64,000 nt of DNA from Methanobacteriota archaeon (GTDB lineage Archaea; Thermoplasmatota; Thermoplasmata; SG8-5; JAGLSY01), in NCBI GenBank assembly GCA_020696385.1, contig JAEHCQ010000004.1, forward strand, positions 64,001 to 128,000, given 5' to 3'. Made by a program: the position numbers and the translations under genes. Below the pieces are notes generated by a model that worked only from the letters and a program-made list of their open reading frames with translations, did no database searches and was not told where the DNA came from. Shown in pieces: positions 49,049 to 57,676 of the stretch (within the stretch, counting starts at the first letter, position 1; each line of letters opens with the position of its first letter).

Positions 49049-51132
49049 CAGATCACCTCCGCTGTGCTGGAGCCGTCTTCCAATCTCTTAACCACGATGG
49101 CATTTCCAAGCATATCCTTAACATCCTCTACATGGGTTATCAAGAATATCTGCTTAAATCTATTGCTAAGGCCTGCCAAGGCCGAGAATATATTGTTTCT
49201 GCGACTCATATCCTGGCTGCCAAATATCTCATCCAGGATTATGAAATCCATGCCACTTGTTCCAGCTCTTTCGGCAATGACCTGTGATATGGCCAATCTT
49301 AAACACAGATTGGCCAGGTCCTTTTCTCCACCTGAAAATCTGTCTATGGAATGAATATCACTTTCGTCGGTCATCGTGATCTCATAATCCTCATTTAGAA
49401 TGATCTCATTGTATCTGGAATCCGTGAGAAGACCTATCAATTTGGATGAGGACTGGGACAGCCCTGGGCGTATCCTGGATATCATGTGGGTTCTGAAGCC
49501 TCCAAGTACCTCATCGAGTTTCAGCAGCAAGTCCAATTCCACCTTCTTGACCTTGAATCCTTCCGCAAGGCCATCCAGCTCTTTCAATTCCTTCTCCAGA
49601 GAGGATATCTTGACCTCCAAACGACCGGCCCTTTCCCTGGCCTGGCTGGACTCCCTTTCTATCTTTCTGATCTCGATAGAGATCTTTTCCACCCCTGCCT
49701 TGACCTTTTCATAGCTGGCCTCATCGAACTCCAGCTCTTTCAATTTTTTCTCTGTCTTTGAAAGCTTATCCTGTTTTTCTTCGAGGTCTTTATTTGTGGA
49801 TATAAGCTTCTCCTGAAGGCCAGTCAATCTTTCCATCTTGGATCTCAGCCTGTCGAAGTCCCTTTTCTTTTCATTGAGTATCCTCTCTCTTTTGTCCAGG
49901 GCTTTCATTCGTGCATCCAGGCCCATCATCTTTTCCTCAATGGCCTCTGCTTTTTTACCAGCCTCTTCCTTCTCTTTGAAGAATTTATCCCTGTGCTTTC
50001 CAAAGGATGTTAGTAGTTTTTCATATGTGGCTCCAAGTTTTCTCTGGCATGTGGGACATTCGCTTTCAGCCCCCAGACCTTCGATATCTTTGATATTGAT
50101 ATCGATCTCAGAAATGTCCTTGCTAAGTCTCCTGATGCTGGCTTTCAGCTCGCCAGCATTTGCCTTTATCTCATCTCTTTCTTTTCTTGCCACATCTCTT
50201 TTCTCTGAGACACCATCAAGATCTTTATCCACCCTATTGCTGGATTCCTTCTGCTTGATGAATTCCTTCTCAATCTCTTTAAGGGACTTGATCTCAGTAT
50301 CCAGTTCCTTGCCTTTTTGCTTCAGGGAGAAGATGGTTGCTTTCAAGGAGGCCTTCTCGCGCAAGGCGATATTCTGAGCCTTGGCCTTTTCCTCAAGACC
50401 CTTGATCTTCTTCTTCGCCTCCTTTAATTCATCTTCTTTTTTCTTCAGAATTTTGTCATTTTCCTTCTCCAGCTTGATCTCGACCTTTTCCCTGGATCGG
50501 AGCTCTTTGAGATCCGACTGTATGATCTTTATCTTTTCTTTCCCATCATCATCGTAGAGCCTTTTTCCAGCTTCCTTCAAGCTGGCATCCGCATAGCGTT
50601 TATCCTCTCTCAGGAGTTTGATAGCATCTTCTATATCCTGAATGCCAAGCATTCGAAGTACTTCCTTGCGGCGTGCTGCTGGCTGCAAGGTTGTCAGTGC
50701 ATTCAGCTCTTTTTGTTGAGCGAAGACCGAGATGAAAAAGGCCTTGTGATCCATTCCCAGTACTTTTTCAATTGCTTCAGTGGTCTCCCTGGTGCCATTG
50801 GCCATGATCTTTCCATCTGCCATCAGGGTGGCGGACATGGTGAGATTCTTGCCAGTCATCTTCCTATGCATCCTGTATGTGGTTCGATCCAGTTCGAATT
50901 CCAGAATTGCTTCACAAGGGTCAGAATGGGCCGAGCCCTGCCTCTTCACTCCTTCTCTATCAGTTCTGACTATGGCCTTCTCATTTCCAAAAAGGGCCCA
51001 GGCCACTGCCTCCAGAAGGCTGGACTTGCCTGCTCCATTGAGCCCGATAACCCCTATCAGGCCATTGGGGAATTCCAGTTCCAGGTTCTTGAAGCGTCTG
51101 TAATTCTTCAATTGAAGGTAGGCCAGTCTCAG
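49048..51132 (-). CDS. rad50: Rad50/SbcC ATPase (probable CTG start)
   Basis: GLNGAGKSS, CPTC zinc hook, FSGGE, LDEIFGSQD; frame extends to CTG at 51132. Confidence 0.92.
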   Translation of the reverse strand: MRLAYLQLKNYRRFKNLELEFPNGLIGVIGLNGAGKSSLLEAVAWALFGNEKAIVRTDREGVKRQGSAHSDPCEAILEFELDRTTYRMHRKMTGKNLTMSATLMADGKIMANGTRETTEAIEKVLGMDHKAFFISVFAQQKELNALTTLQPAARRKEVLRMLGIQDIEDAIKLLREDKRYADASLKEAGKRLYDDDGKEKIKIIQSDLKELRSREKVEIKLEKENDKILKKKEDELKEAKKKIKGLEEKAKAQNIALREKASLKATIFSLKQKGKELDTEIKSLKEIEKEFIKQKESSNRVDKDLDGVSEKRDVARKERDEIKANAGELKASIRRLSKDISEIDINIKDIEGLGAESECPTCQRKLGATYEKLLTSFGKHRDKFFKEKEEAGKKAEAIEEKMMGLDARMKALDKRERILNEKKRDFDRLRSKMERLTGLQEKLISTNKDLEEKQDKLSKTEKKLKELEFDEASYEKVKAGVEKISIEIRKIERESSQARERAGRLEVKISSLEKELKELDGLAEGFKVKKVELDLLLKLDEVLGGFRTHMISRIRPGLSQSSSKLIGLLTDSRYNEIILNEDYEITMTDESDIHSIDRFSGGEKDLANLCLRLAISQVIAERAGTSGMDFIILDEIFGSQDMSRRNNIFSALAGLSNRFKQIFLITHVEDVKDMLGNAIVVKRLEDGSSTAEVI

Positions 51133-52268
51133 AGTTCTCCCCCCGCCTTCTCAATATATTCAAGTCCTCGTTTTCTGAGAGCTTCTTTGTCAATTCCTTC
51201 CACAGCCTTTTGCTCAATATAGCCAGCAAATTCTTTTTCCAGGGAATCGAATATCGAATTGCCAGATGAAATGGCCTGCTCGCTGGATGTCAGCTCTGCC
51301 TTGATCTCAAAATGCAGACTTTCTTTCATCCTCTTTTTCAAATTGCCAGTATCCAGGAGATGGTATTCACTGGATATCACGTCGATCAGCTTGAGCCTGA
51401 TGATCTTGCCATCTGGCTTCACCCTTGCCAGCTTCTTCTCAATGGCATTCATGATCTCCTGGGATTTCAAGCCCTGGCATTTTACCGGGCCAATGTCCAT
51501 CATTTCCCGAATATCAATAGCATGGAACTTCCACTTGCCAGTTTCCAGATCCAGCATCACGAAACCCTTGTCCTGGCCTACCTCGCCAAAGCCCAACCTT
51601 TCGGTCGAACCCGCATAGACTGCGTTTGCAGTCACCTCGCAATGATCGTGATAATGTCCAAGTGCGATATAATCGAAGTCCTTGCTCAAGTTTCCGGATT
51701 GAGCAAGCTGTTCATTGAACTCGCCTGTCTTGAAAACACTCAAGCCAGCGACTCCCGCATGCAACATCGCGATATTGTGCTTGAACTTCTTGTCTGGCTT
51801 TAATTTCTTCAATTCTTCATCAAATGTATCTTTATCAATGCAATGTGGAAGAGCGTGAACTTTCAATTCTCCAAATTTGAAAGTCTCCAGATGGCTTTTG
51901 TAAACCGGAAATACAGACTCGATATGCTCGAACAATCTGAACACGCTCCCCGTTTCTCTGAGGCGGGGAGCCTCATGGTTGCCGGCGATCATGACCAGGG
52001 GTATGCCAGCCTCTGATAATCGAAGGATCTCCTCCATCGCGAAAGATATCGCGCGATTGGTCGGCCTCACCGTGTCGAAGAGATCTCCCGAATGAAGCAC
52101 CAGATCAGGCTTTTCCCGAATTGCGAAGTCAATTATTTGGGAAAAAGAATTCTGTATATCTATCTCACGCTGATTGTATCCATTATCATCCAGCTTATTG
52201 TAGGTGCTGTAGCCGATATGGCTGTCGGAGAAATGTAATATCTTCATTTCTTTCCCCATTTTTTTCAT
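51129..52268 (-). CDS. mre11: Mre11/SbcD nuclease
   Basis: SDSHIG, GDLFD, GNHE, GHYH; start may be a few codons later. Confidence 0.93.
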   Translation of the reverse strand: MKKMGKEMKILHFSDSHIGYSTYNKLDDNGYNQREIDIQNSFSQIIDFAIREKPDLVLHSGDLFDTVRPTNRAISFAMEEILRLSEAGIPLVMIAGNHEAPRLRETGSVFRLFEHIESVFPVYKSHLETFKFGELKVHALPHCIDKDTFDEELKKLKPDKKFKHNIAMLHAGVAGLSVFKTGEFNEQLAQSGNLSKDFDYIALGHYHDHCEVTANAVYAGSTERLGFGEVGQDKGFVMLDLETGKWKFHAIDIREMMDIGPVKCQGLKSQEIMNAIEKKLARVKPDGKIIRLKLIDVISSEYHLLDTGNLKKRMKESLHFEIKAELTSSEQAISSGNSIFDSLEKEFAGYIEQKAVEGIDKEALRKRGLEYIEKAGGEL

Positions 52269-52292
52269 ATCATTCGATCTATGCCAGTATCC

Positions 52293-53867
52293 TCAGAAAA
52301 AGGAGGTGTCCACCTTTTTCTTCTCTGGTACATTGGCCTTCACGGTCTTAATGTAATCCTCGTAAAGGTCGATCTTGAGCGGTAATGCGAAGGGTGTCTT
52401 TGGCGATACAACCAGTCCCTCGCCTACCATGAGTGTTTGTATCTCATGGTCCAGCTTGGAAACATCCTGCCTCGCGGAGCTGGCCAGTTTCTCACGATCC
52501 ATTTTATCCGCCAGTCCCAGTATGAATAGTGAATTGAACTGGGATATGACCTGCGAATCGATAAGCTTTGGCTGCTGTGATACTGCACAAAGCCCGGTCT
52601 TGAACTTTCTGCCCTCTCGAGCTATCTGGCCGAAGATACTTCCCTTTGATCTGTCCAGCACCCGTTGTGCCTCTTCCAACACTATCATGGTAGGCGGCAT
52701 CTTCTCGAATTCCTTCATCTCTTTGTAAATTTTCTTATTCCTTTCGAAAAGAGTCCGCACAAGCACGCTGGATACCAGTAATTCCTCTCTCTCGCCAGCA
52801 CCAGATACATCCACCAGCACGACCAATCCTTCTCGAAGTTGTTGGATGACTGTATCGGTCATTGAAACCGTGTCATCAAATGTTATGAGTGGCGAGCGGG
52901 CTATGGATTCAATGCGTCGCTTGACCACACCTATGGTCCCCTCATGGAATCTTGGCTGGTACTGCTCGATCAATGCTTCAATTCCGGTATCATTCAGATA
53001 CTGGAGCCAGTTCCTTCCGTGACGACCACGGACCGCGCTCAGGAACTCCACCTGTGGTTCTGAAAGTGAATAAATATTGCCAAGATCCTGCGTACCGATC
53101 TCACTGGCCGCGATCCTGACATCCGAAACATTTCCCTCCACCTCGCGGGTGACATAGCATCTGAGCCTTTGGCCAGCCAGTGGGTGATCCATCAACCCCT
53201 TAAGCTCGGATTTACCACCATTGATATATTCTCCATGTGGGTCCAATATCAACATTCCAATCTGGCCGGATTCAAGAACCGATCCTGCGAATCTCTTCAT
53301 CAAATTGCTCTTACCCATACCCGTGGTTGCGAAGACCCCCAGATGGTGACATAATACATCTGCGTGGACCCCGACTGGCACGCTGTCAATGGTGCGCTCA
53401 CCACTTCGGAGAACTCCTACTTTCATATCGCCTAAATAATCCTTGAGGAACTTGTAATCCTCATCCCCGGCATGTCGGACCTTGGAGAAATGAGCGGGGA
53501 TGGTCTTCGGTTTCTTAAACTTACCACCATCCAGATATCCCAGGGGCGCGCATACCGCGACATTGAATAGTCTTCTCTCCTCATCATAGATATTGTAATT
53601 CTCATCGCGATTGTCCATGTCCATCATATTACCCGCGGCACGTGATGCCCAATCCGACTCCCTGGCCTCCACGCCGTGCATGAGGTTGATAACTCGCAGA
53701 AGGAAACGGCGGGATGATGCATCGTCCAGCCCTATCAATATCTCTCCGAGGAAGATATCCTCATTTTTGAAGGACCTGAAATGTATCTCCGTGACATCCT
53801 TTCCGATAACTCTGCCTAATCCGTTATTATTATTTCCTGTCATATCATCTTCCTCCATCCAGCACAT
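52293..53867 (-). CDS. herA: HerA helicase/translocase
   Basis: HAS barrel, ATTGMGKSN, DPHGEY, EEAQ, AREGRKF, SQQP. Confidence 0.92.
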   Translation of the reverse strand: MCWMEEDDMTGNNNNGLGRVIGKDVTEIHFRSFKNEDIFLGEILIGLDDASSRRFLLRVINLMHGVEARESDWASRAAGNMMDMDNRDENYNIYDEERRLFNVAVCAPLGYLDGGKFKKPKTIPAHFSKVRHAGDEDYKFLKDYLGDMKVGVLRSGERTIDSVPVGVHADVLCHHLGVFATTGMGKSNLMKRFAGSVLESGQIGMLILDPHGEYINGGKSELKGLMDHPLAGQRLRCYVTREVEGNVSDVRIAASEIGTQDLGNIYSLSEPQVEFLSAVRGRHGRNWLQYLNDTGIEALIEQYQPRFHEGTIGVVKRRIESIARSPLITFDDTVSMTDTVIQQLREGLVVLVDVSGAGEREELLVSSVLVRTLFERNKKIYKEMKEFEKMPPTMIVLEEAQRVLDRSKGSIFGQIAREGRKFKTGLCAVSQQPKLIDSQVISQFNSLFILGLADKMDREKLASSARQDVSKLDHEIQTLMVGEGLVVSPKTPFALPLKIDLYEDYIKTVKANVPEKKKVDTSFF

Positions 53868-54882
53868 CGTGGAAGTTCTGGAAGGACAAATGCCATTTCG
53901 CCATGTCCATGCCCATTTTGCCTGCCTCGCGCTCCATCAAATGTCTGATATTCTCCACCTCGGTTCGGCTGAAAGCCACCTCATTATGGGCCTTTGCCAG
54001 TGGGTAGGGATATCCCAAATAACCGGGATCATTGCTGTATCCGGCTAGCTTTGAAAACAGCTGCCCGGCCTCCACACCTTCCGGCAAGGATATGTCCACC
54101 TTGAATACGAATATCGATCTACTGGCCAGGGATACTACATAAGGCTCTCCGAACAATTTGTCCTGACCACCTTCGATATCCAGTTTGAAGTACCAGGGTG
54201 AACCTGAGGCATAAGCCTCTCCGAAGGTCTGGATCATGGGTATCGCTGGCATTCCCATATATGCCAGCGAACTTCTTTTACTGACACCGCAGAGCATTAT
54301 CTTCCTAAACTTACAAAGTTCGATCAATCTCTCCAGCAGGGCTTCCGAACCTTTGATGCCCGCCCACAGTGAGCCATCAAAGGCCAGTACATCGCCCTCT
54401 TCCATATTCTCGGCGGATGCCAGCACTTCCTTCCATTCAATGAGGGAGCGGATCCTGCCCACACCTTCCTCGATGGTTCTGGGAATGTCCTGAGGTTCCT
54501 CACCAATTATCTTCCTGTGATAGTCTGAATAAACCTCTTCCAGGTTGGAAGGTGATAATGTGATCAATTTGAGGGATGGACTGGATGTCTTCTCGGATGA
54601 GAATTTTCCATCCACAAAGGCCGCCCTGCCAGCTCGGATGCCGGACACATTGAACAATGTGTATCCGTCCAGTATGACCGCGCTGCCGCCATCCACACCG
54701 ATGAAAGTGCCCTGGTTCTCGACTTTCTGGAACTTGATGAAACCATCTTTGTCAATGTCCCTGAGCCAGAGAGTTCCGGATGTCTCGTCCATCACCATCT
54801 CATTGTCATTGGGTTCCTCTATCATGGCCCTGGTGTGTGTGACAGCCTTTTCTATTTCAGAAAGATCAAGTCCCCTCAACAT
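53845..54882 (-). CDS. nurA: NurA nuclease
   Basis: GVDGGS, DGSL, GVSKRS, GYPYPLAKAH. Confidence 0.92.
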   Translation of the reverse strand: MLRGLDLSEIEKAVTHTRAMIEEPNDNEMVMDETSGTLWLRDIDKDGFIKFQKVENQGTFIGVDGGSAVILDGYTLFNVSGIRAGRAAFVDGKFSSEKTSSPSLKLITLSPSNLEEVYSDYHRKIIGEEPQDIPRTIEEGVGRIRSLIEWKEVLASAENMEEGDVLAFDGSLWAGIKGSEALLERLIELCKFRKIMLCGVSKRSSLAYMGMPAIPMIQTFGEAYASGSPWYFKLDIEGGQDKLFGEPYVVSLASRSIFVFKVDISLPEGVEAGQLFSKLAGYSNDPGYLGYPYPLAKAHNEVAFSRTEVENIRHLMEREAGKMGMDMAKWHLSFQNFHDVLDGGR

Positions 54883-54933
54883 GCGACCTGAAATCTATGA
54901 GACCGTACTTAAGGGTATAGGGAGGGGGTGGGC

Positions 54934-55085
54934 GGAAGTAAATATTCAGCCCCTCAAGTATTTGGATTTAAACTCGGGCCTGAAACTTTACTTCTACAAG
55001 GCCATAAGCCCAATTTCGTAGAGGTGTAAAACCTCTACGATTATTCAAATATCCATTGATGGGCTTACGGCAACCGTTTACTTCT
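54934..55085. repeat. Two tandem hairpin units bounded by TTTACTTC words
   Basis: GGAAGTAAA at 54934, TTTACTTCT at 54987 and 55077; TCGTAGAGGT/ACCTCTACGA and TAAGCCCA/TGGGCTTA stems. Confidence 0.55.
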
Positions 55086-55113
55086 CAAATGTTTCTGTAC
55101 ACATCTAGGAAGA

Positions 55114-56151
55114 TCACTCAACCTCAACATCCAGCACGAAATGTCCCACACCCGGGGAGTAGGATTTGATCAATCTCTGTTTGATATCAGTCACTTTTCT
55201 ACCCTCCAGCTCAGCCGCTTCACGCACTCTGCTGGCCGGCCTCTCATCGGCCAGCACATTGGGACAAGTCTCGTGATAATGGATGAAACCACCTTCTGGC
55301 TTCAATATTCTCATGCCCTTCTGGAGGAATTCATGAGTTGTCCCAACATAGCCCATGACCACCCGATCTGCAACTCCTTCCATCGCATCCAGGCAATTGG
55401 AATTGTGAGGTTTGACAATACCACTCACATCATTCAGCTCGATGTTCTTCTTCAGATAATCATGAGATAGTGGGTTGAGCTCGTAGGCCAGTATCTTCGA
55501 TGGCTTGCTGTGAAAAGCCATCGGTAGCGTGAAATACCCAATGCCCGCGAACATGTCCACAACTACTTCATCAGGATTGCAGACACTGGCCATCCTGATG
55601 CGCTCATCCACATTCCCGCTGGAGAACATCAATCTGGAAGCATCGAAATTGTAAAGAATTCCATTCTCCAGATGAGTTGTCACGGTGTCATTTCCAAATA
55701 ATAATTCATGAACAGGCTCTCGGAATTGCCCGGCAATTCCGCCGGTATCCCACAGAACTGCCTTGACATTCAGAATGCCAGCATACACTTCGGCAATGTG
55801 CTTGCCATATTCTACAATGTCATCATCCAGCTTGATAACAAGCACATTGCCCATGAACTCCCATCTTTTCGGTATTTTCTCGACAAGCTCATCTGGAATA
55901 TCGAGGTGAGCCAGTATGTCCTTCATCGGGTCGTAGAAAGTCTCGCGCTCGATGATCTCCGATAGCTCACAAACACTACCACCAAGCTCTTCGATGAGCT
56001 TGGTCTCTTGGCCTGATAGTTCTCTCGTGATAGGTATTTGGATCATATCAGAATTGGAGATAATGCGATGATATTTGTCAAGGGCACCCAGACTGGTAAT
56101 TAACAGTCTGGTCTTTTCCGCTTTTTCCTTGTGTATGCTCACGGCCAGCAT
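55114..56151 (-). CDS. Trm5/Taw2 (TYW2-like) SAM-dependent tRNA modification enzyme
   Basis: MFSSGNVDERIR, DMFAGIGYF, ADRVVMG, KSYSPG. Confidence 0.88.
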   Translation of the reverse strand: MLAVSIHKEKAEKTRLLITSLGALDKYHRIISNSDMIQIPITRELSGQETKLIEELGGSVCELSEIIERETFYDPMKDILAHLDIPDELVEKIPKRWEFMGNVLVIKLDDDIVEYGKHIAEVYAGILNVKAVLWDTGGIAGQFREPVHELLFGNDTVTTHLENGILYNFDASRLMFSSGNVDERIRMASVCNPDEVVVDMFAGIGYFTLPMAFHSKPSKILAYELNPLSHDYLKKNIELNDVSGIVKPHNSNCLDAMEGVADRVVMGYVGTTHEFLQKGMRILKPEGGFIHYHETCPNVLADERPASRVREAAELEGRKVTDIKQRLIKSYSPGVGHFVLDVEVE

Positions 56152-56154
56152 GGA

Positions 56155-57192
56155 TCATCCCACTTTATATCTGAGCAAAGCCCCCACATCCCCGATGGAT
56201 TCCAGCTTCCTGCCAGCATCATGCAAGGTGCTAATCACCACCACCTTGCTCTTGCTCTCATCGGCCTTATTGAGGAGCTTCTCATACTTCCTGCTCCTCA
56301 TCGCTTTGTCCGTTATCAGAACAGTTTCAACCGCTCCCGCATCCAGGCAGTTTCCCACATCCGCCACTCCATAGGCGAAGGCTCCGTCCTTGGCAATTTG
56401 GGCCATCAGATCCTCTATTAACTTTGTTTCAATGGCCACTCTGGATTCCTTCAGCACTTCTGCCCCGATTCCTTTCTTCATGACCTCCTGCACAGCGGCC
56501 ATGCCCGACTGGCCGGTGGAAAGCACATGTAGACTTTTGGCGATCGGCCTGTTCTTATCTCGAATGTAATTGGAAAAATTCTCTTTCTCAAAACCAGGAC
56601 CAAGAATGATACACACTCCTTCACCAGCGATGGATTCCAGTTTGGCCAGAACCTCTGGATAGAATTCGTTCTTGCCGGGTTTCTTGGTCGTGTATTGCTT
56701 GCCAGAGGCATTGGATCTTATCTTGGCCACTTCCTTGATACCGTATTCGCGAAGTTGGACCAGAACAGCTTCCTCTTCATCGATCGCTACAAAAGTTATG
56801 AGGGGGCGCTCGACCGCCTTCTCGGCATCGAAGAGCCTGTCCATCAGCTCCCGTCGCCAGACTTTGATAATCGAAAGATCCTCGCCAACAGAAAGATTGA
56901 ATGTGTGGTAGGAGCCGATGTCCTGAGGCCCCTCCTCTATCACGCCGTGAATCCTGAGCCAGTCTGTGAATTCATGGAACTCGACGGACTCAACGCGGAT
57001 GCCGAGGCGCATCTTTCTTTTCTCGCCTCGTTCGGCTCTGAGCTTGTCATCTTTCGACTCCTCTCTGCGAGTGGTGAGAGCATAGGCTAGATCATCCTTT
57101 TCGACAATATTGTACAATTGCCAGAGGTCGTCCTCGGTTTGTATGAGGACCTTTATCTCACCACTCCTGTGGTCTTTCTTGAGGATCTTCAC
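56155..57192 (-). CDS. pelA: Pelota
   Basis: DDLWQL, FHEFTDWLRIHG, YHT, GPGF, ALLRY. Confidence 0.93.
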   Translation of the reverse strand: MKILKKDHRSGEIKVLIQTEDDLWQLYNIVEKDDLAYALTTRREESKDDKLRAERGEKRKMRLGIRVESVEFHEFTDWLRIHGVIEEGPQDIGSYHTFNLSVGEDLSIIKVWRRELMDRLFDAEKAVERPLITFVAIDEEEAVLVQLREYGIKEVAKIRSNASGKQYTTKKPGKNEFYPEVLAKLESIAGEGVCIILGPGFEKENFSNYIRDKNRPIAKSLHVLSTGQSGMAAVQEVMKKGIGAEVLKESRVAIETKLIEDLMAQIAKDGAFAYGVADVGNCLDAGAVETVLITDKAMRSRKYEKLLNKADESKSKVVVISTLHDAGRKLESIGDVGALLRYKVG

Positions 57193-57676
57193 GCATATTC
57201 CTTCTGAACCAAGATTGAAGGTTGTGTATATGAATTATACGTAAGCACTGATAAGTCAAACTAACCGTCGTTCAACTGGACTCGAAGCCAAACTAGGCTA
57301 AGCTTCGAAAGTCTCAACTTGTTGCATAAACCCTGTTAGATCTGTATGATCCCGTAGATCGTGAAGGCAGCCAACGAGAATGAAACAAAACCCCATTTCA
57401 TTGCCGCGAACCTCTGCCTTTCATCCATCCCATATATAATGTTTAGACTTTCGTCCATAGATATCCCATCCAAGCAGGTATATATAAATAAATATATAAA
57501 AGTCTTTCGTAATATAAAATTACAGTTTAGCCATTGAACAAATATATATTAAATATTAATTCATGTATAAATCTATTTTTCCTATCATTTCAACGCAGTT
57601 ATAGAAATATAGGTCGATATAAATGATTAAATAATGCAAATCCAATGTCCACAAGGATCTAAAAAGGGGTTTTCAG

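Noticed and set aside
51111-51229. Programmed frameshift fusing mre11 and rad50
   Set aside because: A CTG start overlapping the stop explains the frame more simply; a G-run is present but there is no other support.
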